In this document: positions 37,301 to 50,843 of the stretch, piece by piece
Numbering within the stretch: position 1 is the first letter of the stretch
How the letters are laid out: each line of letters begins with the position of its first letter
Assembly (NCBI GenBank): GCA_044892525.1
Contig: CM097885.1
Coordinates: 48,238,001 to 48,302,000, forward strand
Direction of reading: 5' to 3'
From: Schmidtea polychroa
Lineage: Eukaryota
DNA length: 64,000 bases
Notes under the pieces: generated by a model
Told to the model about the DNA's origin: nothing
The model's database searches: none
Seen by the model: the letters and a program-made list of their open reading frames with translations, nothing else
Program-made: the position numbers and the translations under genes

Positions 37301-40300
37301 TGAAAAAAGTTTCGACTATAAGATAGTCCTTGTCAATCTCCTAGAATTTATCAATCTTCTTCCCGAACATACATTTCTATATTTCTTTTATTTCTTTTTT
37401 CTTACTTCTCATTGGTTATAAATATAATATAATATTATTATAAGAACTTTTTTTCTTCCAATTTCACCACTGATTATTCTTTCCATTGAATTTATTAAAA
37501 AGAGAGTTTGAAGACTATAAATCAGTAATATATCGATGTTTGTTGATACTCACAAACTTTCGGCACTGCCTTCACTTGAAAAAGGCAGTGCCGAAAATTC
37601 GTTCGAGGTTATCCATAAAGATGATTGTTAGAAATCCTGATATGCTAGAACCCATAAGCAGACCTTTCACTTGTTTATAGATATTTTGTGTTCTCGAGGA
37701 TAAGAAGTTTGGTGATATTCTCAGTATTCAATTTCTTATATTAACAAGTTGCTTTCTCTTAGTTTCTTTTCTAAACATAGAATAGATCTTTTGGTTCGAT
37801 AGATGTGTATAGTGATACGACATCAAGACTGAATGGGTATTTGAATTCTCTATGTGAAGTTATGTTATTATTTAATCTTGTCATGAGGCAATCGCTGCTT
37901 TGAAGATGGTGTGGTATCGTGTCCAATAATGGTTTCAAGATCTTTGCAAGGAGCCAACTTGTTTTAGGTATTGGTTAATTTGTTTTGGACACTATAGGTC
38001 TAATTTTGATAGGAGGACCCTCTTTATGGGTTGTAATTAGGTGGTAGAAGTTGGGAAGATCAGAATTTTTTGTAACGAAGCTGTTACTTATTCTGTTGTT
38101 GAGCTTTATTTCCAAAGCTTTCCATACTTTGTTGATCTTCATTTCGATGGTGTTTGATGACATTCGGCTGACTCTCTTGTATATTTCAATGTTGCCGAGG
38201 TGTTCGTAACCAGCTTCACAGTAACGATTCTTCTCTATAATTGAAAATTCCCCCCTCTTGTCACTTGGTAAGTAAACGTATGGCTTCTTTCTAAGGGATT
38301 TTAATATTGCTTGTTCATCTTTCGTTTGGTTTGAAAGATATGATTTTCTTTTTTCCTTCTCAACTATTACCATGATTTTATGGCAAACCTTTGAAAGTGT
38401 TGAATCTAATTCTACATCAGGATTTGATTGATAGAGTTTATCTGTGTTTATGTAAACTGGGAGCTTTTCTTCGTTTTCAACCTATTAAAAAATGGTACTT
38501 TAATGTGTAGAATAATTAATAACCAAAAAAGATAATAAAAGTGATAGAAGTTGAAGATTTTTAATTTTTATCGGTATTAGCGAAAGACTTTGTTTATTAA
38601 AAAAAATGATGTGGCGCTAAGATGTCAAAATATTCGGATTAAGTAATTTTATTCGGGTTATGCAATTTAATTTGAATTAAGTAAATTAATCCACAAAATT
38701 AGTTGCATAATAAATAATTAAATACACGAACTCTTTTTTTACACGGTAGATACGTTTCAAAGAAATCTGAGTAAAATAAAACCGTGTAAAAAACACATGA
38801 GATGTGTAAGATGAAAAAATAACTTTATGGTATGATAAATCGTGCAAATAAAACTTATGAAAACACATTTATAATTATTCTAAAATATATTCATATATAT
38901 CTCATTCTCATTTTTATTAAAAATATAACAAATAAAATTTTGTCCATAAGTACTTATAAAAAATTTGAATCACAAATCAAAACCTTATTTAGTGCTGTCA
39001 TCACTACTTGATAATAACCGGGCACGTTCATTACTAACAGGTGCAATATTGTTTTCATTGCTAGAGTCTAACACAGTGGTTCCTAACCTGAGGGCGCTCA
39101 CCCCCAAGTGGGTGAATTTGGTTATTTGGGGGGGGGGGGGGAATAAATAAATTGTGGTGATGGGTATTCAAAGGGGGATGATTATTTTATTTAAGTTACC
39201 GGATAAAACCGGTTTGGTTGTTTTTTATACGGTAATAAAATTGTTTAAAATAATAAAACTGTTTTATTATTTATACTTCAAATTAAACTTCAAATTAAAA
39301 TAATGGCATACAATGAAAATAAAAGGGGGGGGGGGCGATGGGTAATAGTAATCCTCCAGAAAGTGGCGATGAGCCAAAAAAGGTTACGAACCACTGGTCT
39401 AACATATCTAATGAACTTGAATCCATTGAAGGCACTTGTTCGTTAATAAAGTCATCTGATGTTGGCTTTCTTTTTATAAGAAAATCCGTTATCAGATGCT
39501 TGAACTTTGGTTTCTCAAGTTGCTTGTAGAGTTCTTGGTACCCAGCCGTACAAAGCTGTGGGTTACGCTGAAACTTTAATGCACGTTCCTTGTCGAGATC
39601 ATGAGTGGGAATATGATGTGCCATAATTGCAGAAAATTTTTAACCCTCGTGAATTAAACTAGCTGTTAGTTGATCAATTTCACGTGAATTAAAAAAATTT
39701 ATTTAAAAATCATTACCTTTAGTTGTAAGAAATTATCAAAAACACCAATTTTACTGGTAAAGGTACAATGAACCTATACACTATAGTTTAAATATAAACT
39801 GTCGCATTACGGGAGAATATTGAAAATATGTTATGTAACTTGTTAGCTTTACGTAAGATAATTATTTGTGCGTCGTACGAACTGAACACTTTGAAAACAA
39901 AATACTCAATGATGAATTGCTTAACACAATTTATAAAATGCAACGAGCAATAGAAAAGAGAATGCAAGAGATATAATAAAATTCGTGTATTCTACTAATT
40001 ATATTTTTTTTTGTATCTACATTTACATAATATATATAATACACTGTAAAACGTGAATTTATTTTATTAAATTGTGCAAAAGAGTAATTTTTCTTTTATG
40101 TGGACCGTGTTATTTCGAAATAGTGTAAAAAAAGAGTTTCCATTTAAACCAATGATCAATAAATTTCAACTAAAAATTTATCCTGGAATTACTATAAAAT
40201 CGCCAAAGAATAGAATCAATAAATATCATCATTAAAGATTAAAATTAATAATCTTACAAATCCTTAATTTACTTAAAAGAACATCATATCACAACCACCA

Positions 40301-41444
40301 TAATAATTCAATTAAAATTTATCATTAACATTTTCATTAAAATCATTGATTTTATTTAAAATTAATTTAATTTCATTAATTTTTACTGACATACTTTAAA
40401 TCACTAACTCACCAAGATTAAAATTCGCTAAAGAAACCGATGCAGTATAATATTTTCAGTCTGGTAGACTAGCTGCATGTAATTATTATTATTAGGGCTG
40501 TTTGATTAATGTTTTATTTTCATCGCAAGTTTTCAGCACAATCATTTACAATAACATTTGTGTTAAAAAGAAGTATTGATCTGTAATCAATATATAAAAA
40601 GTGAAAAAATATCCGATCAAATGTTAACAAAAACTAAGGTTGCCACATGTTGTGAGGCTCAAAGTAGGACAAATCAATAACCTACTACAGTAGTACCAAA
40701 TATCCAAATTGTAGGACTGTCCTACTGAAAGTATGGCGTGTGGCAACTCTAACATAAACTGACTTTATTAGTGGTACTTAATCAATATTTAAATTTAATT
40801 TGAAAAATGCTCCATTTTTTTATTTTTTAAACAATTGAAATTAACCAATGATTTTCACAGTACATTTGAACTAAAAGTCATGTTGTGTTCATCATAGGTA
40901 GCCATAATAGAATTATCTAAATTTTACCTCAATAATGCTATTTTAAGATAGAAAAAACGGTAGGATAGTATTAACTGTAATGCTCCTATAGACTCCATTG
41001 AAATTGTAAAACAAAAATTTTCTGAAAATTTATTGCCAATAAAACTTCAAACAAAGTTGAAAAATTTTAAATATAATTTTTTTCCCATTATTTAGTATTC
41101 AACAACAAAAGTAATGCATCGGTATAAGCACTTCGATTGGCTATATACTCAATTAGCAGAAAAATACCCGTGCATTGTAATACCTCCTTTGCCTGCTAAA
41201 AAATTTGAAAGTAATTATTATTATTATTACAATAAAGCGGATAAGTTACTATATTTTAACCATAAATTAAAGTATAGTGTGAGAGATAATTAATTTATAC
41301 ACAGATAAATAGCACACGTTAAACAAGAACAAATATTACGAGCAATGATATAAATTATGGGATTTAATATGGAAAGACAAAAATAATTAAGCGAGAAAAA
41401 TAAAATACTAACAAACAGTTTTATTTTTAAAAATATACAGACTA

Positions 41445-41501
<57 letters not shown>

Positions 41502-42568
41502 TAGAGGCTCCGCCCCTGTTCGCTTCGCTTCACCAACCCCATTAGAACGCTGGAAATAATAGCGGGAAAATGATAATCATATCACGTTTGAAGAGAGGTA
41601 CGAAGCGGAGGCATTACCTAAGAATAGTACATCTATGTTATTAGAGTTTTTTAAGTAAAACATTATTGATGAATTTAGTCGAACACTTACATATGATAAA
41701 CTTCCTATACACTATAGGTGGGTTGAGACATAACCTATAGTGTTCAAGAAAATAGAACGGGCCATAAAACAATAAAATCCTGCTTTATCCCGAAAAAATA
41801 TTGAAAAATGTCATTTGAAGCTTTTACTTAGAGTCCAACGGGGTATTACATCTTTCACTGGACTTAGGACCGTTGATGGTATTGAATATGCCACAATAAA
41901 AGAGGCCCATATCAAGGTATTCAACTTCTTCAACTATAAATATTGATTTTTTTCAGTGGTATTTTTAATTTTTTTATGATTTATTTATTCTTTTATACTT
42001 ATCGTTCTATATTACTTTGAAATGGTTTATGTTATTATCTTTTATCATAGTTATGTAAACATACATTAACCCCACGTTCTAACGGGATTAGTGAAGAATA
42101 AAAAAGAATAAAAAATAAAAAAAAACCAAAGAAAAATATATATATATATAATAAAAAAAAGTAAAAAAATAAAAAAATATTAAAAAAATAATAATAAAAA
42201 AATATATTATAAAAAAAAGTATAATTCGGATGGAGGGAACCCTTAGCTTTATATATATACGTATATATATATTATTACGGGATTATTTTTATTATAAAAA
42301 TATGCAATTTGAAGGGTTTTCTATTGTTTTATCCCATTTCAGCTGGTTGATCCCCACTATGAAATAGAATTCTAAAAATTCAAAAACTATCGACGCAAGG
42401 AAAGACTAAAATATAATATCGTAACTATTACTCTTTATATTTGTATACTTAAACAATAACATTTAATTACTATTTTTAGTTTTTAGATTTATTTCAGATA
42501 AATTATTTATTTATAATATTCAACCTATTTCATATATAAAACTATCTCCAAATAAAGCCTTACCCTAA

Positions 42569-42635
<67 letters not shown>

Positions 42636-45600
42636 ATTACTATTTCAAGACATGAAGAAAGAGTTTATAGAAAATCGTAAACTTCTTTTGCAACATTGGT
42701 TAAATCACATAATTGAGCATCCTGTTTTATCGAACAGCAACGCAATTAAATTATTTTTCTTTGAATCCGATAAAAAAGTTTGTAGAGATTTTCCCACACA
42801 ACCTATGAAAACATTCTTTTAGAAATGGCAAATTGGGAAGCCAAAAATCAAAAATGATGTCTTTAAAAACGGTGGATTCTATAATGTTGTCAAAGCGCCA
42901 ACAGATTTTCTGGATATTCCAAATACGTAAAAAAATTAATTAATTACAATTTTCTCACTTAATCTTAGTTTTGAACGTTTAAATAAAATGACATTGTTCA
43001 TAGATGAATTTTATAGAAATTCTAACAACTTAAAGGAAGGTTTTAGTCGTTTTCACAGAAATCAAAAAAAAAGTAAGTTTTTAACTTTTAAGTTATGAAA
43101 TCAACCTTTTAATTCCTTAAAACAAGGGTTCCCAAAGTGCGCCTCGCGAACCGCAAATGTAAGATTGAAGATCTTAATTTTTAAAAATACTTTGTATATT
43201 TTTATTAAAAATGAAGTTTATCTCAAGTGAATTTAGGTACAATGCAAACCTATTTATACCCGTTACTTCAAAAGTTCATACAAAAACAAATTTCAAGCAA
43301 TAGAAAATATAACTTCTCAGGAAAGGCAGCATTCTTTTGTGAGATACGTCCATTAATTAGTACACCCATACCTCGCTTTACGGCCTACATACGTTCCACG
43401 AAACTTGGCCGCAAAGCGAAAAGCCGTATAAAAAATCGAGATTGCGCTTGCGTAAGATTGGCAACATGTGATATATCGACATCGAAAAAAAGTTTTTTTA
43501 TGCCGTTATAGCGAAATGCCGTATAAAGAGCTGCCGTATAGCGAGGTATGGGTGTATTATATTTTATAAGTCGGAGAAGTCTATTAAATTTTTAAAAACA
43601 TTTTTGTATTTTGACCCGCCAAATATTTTGGAATTTATAATTTGGCCCCCATAAGTAAAACTTTGGTGACTCATACCTTAAAACTTAAAATTTCTAAATA
43701 ATTTTCAAAACCCTTAGAGGTAACTTTAATATTAATATTAGCGTCTAGTTCAGAGTCATAATTAAAACGGCTACCGGATTCGTATTTACTTACCAAAATT
43801 TTGGACACTGTACATTCGACTAAAATGCATATTTGAAAGTACGGTGTCATCGTCCAAACGCGAATTTAAAGTAATATTATAAAAACAAAACTACTCTGAG
43901 TGGGTCACAGCCTAATCTCGCGACTATCCTGACTCATAGCATCTTATTGTTCTGAAGGAAGGTGATGGTCCATTGACTTAACTCACGACGTTTATCGGAT
44001 GCAGGCATTCTCTGGCAAAATAGCCTTCAACACATGTGAGACATTACAATTTGGATTGCTTTCTCGACACGATAGCGCTCATATCATCTGTTTTCCAATT
44101 TTTGGTTTCTCCAGGAATTTCAACATTTAATAATATTTGAGCTTTTTATAATAAAATCTCCTTTTGGGAGACCAATAACAAAGACCACGACGATTGCTTT
44201 ATCACCAATTTCTGCTTGCTCTCTGGGGTTTTTTAAAGTGCAAAAAATAAGACACCAAATTGCCATTTTCTCGATTTAAATGCTTCAGATACATATGGAC
44301 TTAGATCAAAAGTCTGTACCAAACGGCTTTGAAGTTCGAGTAAATGTTATTTCCAGTTTTTATCTGATCGTGCCATATATCCTTGAAGACGAAGGAAAAG
44401 TATGTGGTTCAGATGTGATATAGCTCCTAGCAGCTGACTTTTCAGCTCTTATTCTTCCGCTCACTTGATGACGTTTCCAATCTCCAGAAGACCTTGAGGA
44501 AATTTCAGTATTCTTCAGCATTAGTGGGTGCTGTTTCGGAACCCGGGATTGAAAAAAATAAGATCTCGGAATTACCCGGGAACCGGGAATTTTTTAATAT
44601 TAAAAATTTTACATTTGTACTATAATTCATTATTTTTATTTACAAAAAACATACAATAATAAAAATAAAAAAGTTTAATGCACCTTGTCTGGTATATTTT
44701 TTTAACTTATTCGAGCTTTTTAAAATATGTTTTTAAAAAACATAAAACATCAATTGAATGATCTGACAAACCCACTCGTTTTTTTATTACAATTGTTCCA
44801 GAAATTGAAAAAAACTCGCTCCGATTCGGTTGATGTTGGTTTGATCGTCATTACTGAATTATAAATTTTTTTAAAAGTATGTGTCATTGTTCCTGTTGCC
44901 GCATATAATCTCATCTCCTTTTGCATAGATGTTGTTTTGAAGTGACTTGATCAAAACTCACAACCTCCTCGTTGCCGATTTTAAGAACAGAGTCCATATA
45001 ATGTTGGCCCCCTCATAGGTCAATCGGTGCTGAGCTACATTCAAGCATTGTATTTTTTTGAATTTTTTTTGTTGTTTTTTACATATTTTAATTTTAAATT
45101 TATATTTATTTAATAATTTTATAAAATTATGATATTAAATTGATGTTATTATTCATTGGTTTTTCTCTGTTTAAAATATTTTATACTTAATTTTAAAATT
45201 ATTAAAAAATTATTTTTTACAATGTATTTCACGAAAAAACATTCAAATTATTGTTCAAAATAATATTCAAAATATATTCAAAACCATTATTCAAAACGTT
45301 GCGCAATTTTTCCTTAATTATATAAATTTTTGTCGCTACAAAATTGGAAAATAGCATTAATTTTTGATGACAGGATATTTGATTGCTTCGTATAATGTTG
45401 TTTTAGTTAACGTCGCGTTTTCCTGGAACCATCTACATATACCCGGGTATGATATATAAGGTTTTTATTTTTTTTTATTTGAAAAAATAATTATTTAAAG
45501 TCAATTTATTTAAAGAAAAGAATCAATTATTAACGTTTTAGTTTTGGAAATTGGCACAATTCTCAATGTGGATTTGCGGCCAGTAAATAAAGTAAAATAA

Positions 45601-48600
45601 CAAAAAAAAACTTTATGTACTACCCCATCTAGTAGATCTTGGTGACTCACTGTCTCGGCGCCACTTATGATACATACACGTTTAATATCCATACGTTATA
45701 CACAATCATTATTACGCAATTAAAATTTTATGAATTTCGTAATTAAAAGAATTGCATTTCATTGAAAAAATGGTCGGAGTCGCTCATTTTTCATGACTCC
45801 GGCTCCAATTCCGGCTCTGACTCCACATCCCTGAAATAAAGGATATAAGCAAAAGGAATATCATGGATTCAATGAATCAATTATACTCTGAAATTTTTAA
45901 TACTTTCCATTTTAAACTGCAATTTATTATTTTTAAACAACTTATACTTGCTATTTTTCATATCTTTCATACCAGATATTTAATATTAATTAATCTATCA
46001 AATAATATTTATCGAAAACTTGAAATTTCAACAATTTATGCATCATTATTAGAAAATCTTTATTTTATTCACCATTTATCTATTATTTTCTATTTCAAAT
46101 TCATTTTTGAATATGAGTCAATAATTTTCTTTTTGATTTAACATAAATTTATTTTAATCTTTTTTTATTTAGGTATACAAATAGAATACGCAAAAATTGG
46201 TGAAAATATTCTCGGTCTTACCGAATCTCTCTCTTTAAACCCAGGTAAAAACATATTTCATTTAGTTTTTATTTTAATTCTGAAAATTATTTATTCCTTT
46301 TAAATATATTAAGATTACCGCAAAGTAATACATTTTATTTTAAGACGTTTTAAACTTTTTACTAAATAATAAATATGTACTGGGAGTTAGTGAATTATTT
46401 TCAAAATCTATCATTTTAAATTATCTGGATTTTAGGCCCTGAAATGGAAGTTGTAATTTTGTTTGCCTAGAAGTTAATACAACTGAGACTGCTAGAAACA
46501 TCAGCTTAGCTTATGGTAATGTATTGATGGTTCACAAATGACAACGTTGAATTAGAAAGTTAACTTCTGTTGACTTTGATTTTTATGATGGTGAACGTTC
46601 CGGAAGACCGCCCAAGCTGGATGCTGACTTGAGTCTAACATCACATGTCAAAACATACAGGAATTCTAGAATAAACTCAACCTATCATAGACAAACATCC
46701 GGCGACATTTAAAGAAGATTGGGAAAATAACCACAAAGCACAGCGACGAACAATTTCTAACGCTTTATTTAACCAGGCAAAATAATGGGTCGTTTTTAGA
46801 ACACGTTGAAAGTAAGTTCCCTTCAAATAAATAACGAAAAAAACAATGAGTTGATCCAGGACAAACTATAATTTAGATACTTAAAACTAGACTTCACCCA
46901 AAGAAGGTCCATTTATACGTTTGATGTGATTAGATTGGCATAGGGCATTTTGATCTTCTGCAACCTGGCCATATTATTATAACTGACTTGCAAAATACAA
47001 CGCAAGTCTCTATGTAGGGTTGCCAACTCCCACAAGCTCGAACACGGGAGATTATAAAATTGCAAACAGTATAACACTTAAGAAATAATATAACATGTAT
47101 TTTTTCACTTTTTTTGGTTTACACATGTTAGTTATTTTAACTATATGATGACTAATACCTTAAAGATTTAAACAAAACAATTATTTTTACATATTACATT
47201 TTACAATTTTTTACATTTTAAAAGTGAAAAAAACCTGACAGTGACAGACTAATAACGTGGGTAAGAAGAAAAATATCAAATTGCTCGCCGCGAACAAACA
47301 ACTTAAACTTCCGGTGACTGAGCAAAAATAAATCTTGACTATCATTATTTTAGAGAAATCAAATAAAAGTTAAAATTTCAAAAACTGCACTTTTTTTTAC
47401 ATCTCTCGGGTCATAGTTAACCGGGAGACGGGAGACGAAAGCCGATTCCGGGAGACTCCCGGCAAAAACGGGAGAGTTGCCAGCCTATCTCTATGGGTTT
47501 AGAACTACGCAAGAGAAAATCATTCAGATAGGCTGGGAAGTCTTACCTCATCCTCCGTATTCACATTACATAGCTCCTTTAGATTATTATCTATCCCACT
47601 CTTTAGAACAAAATTTAAAAAGCAGGGCATTCGTGAATTTCTATGTCAATTCTGATTTAACAGCTTTTCTGCGTTAAAAGATGAAAGTTTTTCCAAAAAT
47701 GTATATTTGAAAAGTTTCAGGAAAGTTGGTAACCCATTATAAATAATGATGGAAATTAGATAATTGATTACCAGGTATTTTTTTCTAATAAAATAAATGC
47801 TTAAAAATTTTTAAATAATAATTGATAAATTTCCGGTCCTCCTAATATATAATATCTTTTATCCAAGCCACCAGGAATTTGCGGTTTAAATTTATCTATT
47901 TTGGTATACGTCCAATTGCTTAATTGGATAATCTAATCAATTAAAATAATTGTCAATTAAAATTATGTTAATATTAACTTTCATAATAGCACTCAACTGT
48001 ATTTTTTCTGCTTTCATAACTTATCCATAATCCTAAAACATTAAAATTTTCTTAACACTGACAAATACGTATGTTTATTAATAATCAATCGCTCCTGGTA
48101 AAACTGTGGTTGAACTTTATTTTCCTATTTTACCTTGTTCTATGATGTCGGTTATTTTTTATGATGAGTTTTATATTAAATTTTATTGTGCTTAGTGCAA
48201 AATATCCAATTGTATATATTGTTTTTCTTCAAATTTAGATCAGAATGACCAAAATTTAATACAAGGGTTGAATAAAATCAGCAGTACCTACCAAGAAATC
48301 GGAAGTTTATTCACAAGTCAAGTGAGTGTAGTAAAATTATTAAAACCTAAAAATGATATGACCTATATATATATATATATATATTAAAAAGCATAAAATA
48401 TAATTGTGTTTAACACAAGAACTCGTTCAAAATAATGATAGTAACAATGTGGCATTTTCAACTGTCATTCTGTCTGCTGTTTTTATATCAGCTGTATTAT
48501 TTTCAACTCAGCTTTTTTCGATTAAGGGGCAGGTTTGGATTTGATGGACGAGTGTTTTTTGAATGGGCAGTTATATGTTCGAATGTCAAATACGAAAGAT

Positions 48601-50434
48601 CCATTAACATTGTTCATCATCGCTTATGATCAACAAGAGACTAAAATATATTGTATATAGCCAAATGTTGGAATAAATTAGTAAAAATAGGATGAGTAAA
48701 ATTAATCATGATGAATAATAATTTAAATTTATCCGGTATGAAGTCGAGTAATAAAGCTAATATAATACAAAATAATGAACTATTTGAGTTTAAAAAATTG
48801 CGTTTTGAGTTGTGGTTAATAAAATGATTCTTGTTATACAGTTTTCTTTTCCCATTGTCGTAATTTTATACTATGGCATTTCTCAAATATTAAATTTAAA
48901 TCTTATTTCGAACAATATTTCTATCTTAATTTCTAATTACCGTATTGAATTTTTAATTAATAATACACGTTTTAATTTACCAATTTCCTTACAACCTGTT
49001 AAAATCTATATACAAAATAACACATGCTTCTTTGGTTGTTTAGAAACCAGAGGCCATAAAATCTTCATTAATAATTAAGGTAGGGTACCCGGGTACCCGA
49101 ATATCAGGGCAAAGGATAACCGGGTGGGTTTTTTTGTAGTTTTTCACAGAACTAGTCATAAGCCAATTAAAAATTATTTAAAAGGCTATTAACTAAATTA
49201 CAGGTGGAAAATCAACATATTTCTGGGAGAAACAGGAAACTGCTAGCAACTTCTTATGGTAAGAAAATATCAAATGCACAAAAATTGTGTGCAAAACAAA
49301 TGCAAAAATAAAATTATAAAAAATTATATAAAAATGTAAGAAATTGAAAAATCAATCTTTCTCATGTATGAGCTGGTGGAAATAATTAACCTTTCGAAAT
49401 TGTTACAAAGACAATATTTAATTGCTATAATATTACAGCACATATACCAGAGTGTTGTCATAGGTAAATGGACACCCCCAAAAATAGAAAAAATGCTTAA
49501 AATCATTAGTAAGATCACATTGCAAGAACTACAATAAAGTTAAATACAAAAATTTACGACGTCCTATCATTAATAGTGCGAAATCTAACTATAATTAATT
49601 AGCATATTCATACAGAGCTCACTTTCACGTACTTGTGTTAATCATACTACTCACTCCAGGTGCCAGTGAACTGTCAGATTTTTTTAAGAGATCTTATTAT
49701 TGGACAGTGTAAGACTGAATGGTCACAAAGAAAAGTCGCATCTACTTTGCACGTGCCTCTATTGACAGTGAATAATATTGTGTCATTTTGTAATTCAGGA
49801 AAATCTAGTGTCAAGCCTCAAATGGAGTGCGCAATTGCCAGACATGAATCCCATTGAAAATGTTTGGTTTCTGTTGGATAAGGAGGCAATAGGAATTGGA
49901 AGCAATGCCTTATATTTTTCATGAATAAGACTCTGTTTTGATATTTTTGATATTTTTCCAATGACTCTTCAGCAATTTTCTATCCCGTGAGTGTTAGGGG
50001 TTCCACAAAAACTCATAATATAAAAATTCCGTGAGTCAATAAAATTCTAAAACCATGATTTTAAAGTAATTAATTTTTTATTCTACTCCTAGGCCAAAGT
50101 GGATTCAAGCTTCCTGAAACATAATTTTGCAGAAATTAATGGCATAACCAAGGAGATTCCGTCAATATTAAAATTATCCAAGTGTGCTTTAAATATTTTT
50201 AATTCATGCAATCAAAGGAGTTCTGAATCTAAATTAGACGAGAAAACTATCAAAAATGTCGATAAACGTGTACAAATTGTGATACGAACTGTTGATGCTG
50301 AGCTCAATTGGCTTCAAAACCGAAGAGAGCAACAAGTGAGATCTATTATGTCCCAACATTTGAAAAATCAAATTGAACTTTTCACTGAAATAATTTTGAT
50401 TCTTACCGATACTTTGAAGGGTTTGGAAGTTTAA
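28388..50434 (+). CDS. SH3-PX-BAR sorting nexin, SNX9/18/33 family (~498 aa), spliced: 28388-28402, 28450-28616, 30080-30176, 30224-30291, 30341-30404, 34111-34248, 41096-41210, 42650-42777, 42823-42926, 42969-43072, 46173-46244, 48239-48321, 50093-50434
   Basis: All 12 introns are GT-AG with consistent phases (1497 nt in total). SH3 AKALFDY...DGWSKG...[19 protein letters not shown]...IPPLPAK...HPVLS; BAR EYAKIG...TYQEIG...[14 protein letters not shown] at 50524. Confidence 0.9.
28450..28616 (+). CDS. SNX9-family exon 2 (SH3)
   Basis: [21 protein letters not shown]...[25 protein letters not shown]. Confidence 0.9.
30690..31120 (+). mobile_element. Possible 3' fragment of an RTE-like non-LTR retrotransposon
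   Basis: Purine-rich decayed ORF with a KTRGK-like segment, resembling an RTE C-terminus; weak. Confidence 0.3.
32235..33660 (-). mobile_element. Decayed hAT transposase
   Basis: Fragmented ORFs: [59 protein letters not shown]. Confidence 0.85.
34111..34248 (+). CDS. SNX9-family exon (PX N-terminal part)
   Basis: taatag|...YQWK...[15 protein letters not shown]|gtaaga. Confidence 0.85.
34470..35057. mobile_element. Non-autonomous hAT MITE (family A, copy 1)
   Basis: TIR TAAGGTGACCAGA / TCTGGTCACCTTA; 8-bp TSD GGGTTGAC. Confidence 0.92.
37540..38480 (-). mobile_element. Penelope-like retroelement RT fragment (decayed)
   Basis: [39 protein letters not shown] and [10 protein letters not shown] motifs typical of PLE RTs. 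Confidence 0.8.
39074..39396. mobile_element. hAT (Charlie-like) MITE
   Basis: TIR CAGTGGTTCCTAACC / GGTTACGAACCACTG; 8-bp TSD GTCTAACA. Confidence 0.9.
40635..40751. mobile_element. 117-bp hAT MITE
   Basis: TIR TAAGGTTGCCAC / GTGGCAACTCTA; near-TSD ACAAAAAC / ACATAAAC. Confidence 0.7.
41096..41210 (+). CDS. SNX9-family exon (PX core)
   Basis: [31 protein letters not shown]. Confidence 0.92.
41501..42100 (+). mobile_element. Helitron-derived non-autonomous fragment
   Basis: [32 protein letters not shown] (~41812-41910) matches a Helitron RepHel motif; imperfect subterminal IR; sits next to (TA)n. Confidence 0.7.
42650..43072 (+). CDS. SNX9-family three-exon cluster (end of PX, start of BAR)
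   Basis: [32 protein letters not shown]; 45- and 42-bp GT-AG introns. Confidence 0.88.
43123..43675. mobile_element. hAT MITE hosting a nested Tc1/pogo MITE
   Basis: 8-bp TSD CCTTAAAA (43115-43122, 43676-43683); degenerate TIRs. Confidence 0.7.
43363..43554. mobile_element. Tc1/pogo-type MITE
   Basis: TIR CACCCATACCTCGCTTTACGGC / GCCGTATAGCGAGGTATGGGTG; TA TSD. Confidence 0.9.
43790..44520 (-). mobile_element. Decayed LTR-retrotransposon gag fragment
   Basis: Degenerate knuckle [13 protein letters not shown] (~44000-44045) and VVFVIGLP. Confidence 0.45.
44528..44960 (-). mobile_element. hAT 3' end with dimerisation-domain remnant
   Basis: [11 protein letters not shown]...SISG...[19 protein letters not shown]-type subterminal repeats. 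Confidence 0.75.
46380..47847 (+). mobile_element. Decayed mariner interrupted by a hAT MITE
   Basis: [40 protein letters not shown]; left boundary approximate. Confidence 0.78.
47015..47487. mobile_element. hAT MITE inside the mariner
   Basis: TIR TAGGGTTGCCAACTC / GAGTTGCCAGCCTA; 8-bp TSD TCTCTATG. Confidence 0.9.
49600..49900 (+). mobile_element. Internally deleted Tc1 remnant
   Basis: HTH-like SQRKVASTL close to the [10 protein letters not shown] motif. Confidence 0.6.
50093..50434 (+). CDS. SNX9-family last exon (BAR C-terminus)
   Basis: cctag|AKVDSS...[11 protein letters not shown]...QIELF...stop. Confidence 0.9.
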   Translation, partial: AKVDSSFLKHNFAEINGITKEIPSILKLSKCALNIFNSCNQRSSESKLDEKTIKNVDKRVQIVIRTVDAELNWLQNRREQQVRSIMSQHLKNQIELFTEIILILTDTLKGLEV

Positions 50435-50843
50435 CCTTTGTTTGACTAATTTTGAACAAGTATCCATAACTTGAAGATTCATTTTTATATTTATGTAAAT
50501 TTACTTAATGCATTCCCGAATTGAATAAAAACAAATATCATTCGTTCGAATATTATTTAATCATTTTGTCTAGATAAAGGAATCACTGTGTAAAATGAAA
50601 ACTTAATCAAACCAACAAATCACTGTTTTTAACAAAACTCTTTGTCATTATTGAGATTTCTTTGTATGAAATGATCAAGACCATCATGACTTATCGCTAC
50701 AACTAGTCATCTTTGACCTATTCTTTTTATGATCTCACGTCAAGGATATTCACTATTATTTTATGTTGAAATTATTTGAACTTCGTAAAAATCTTTTGAA
50801 AAATTCTAAAACTTACTCTTTCTGATTGCAATGGCAGGATATA

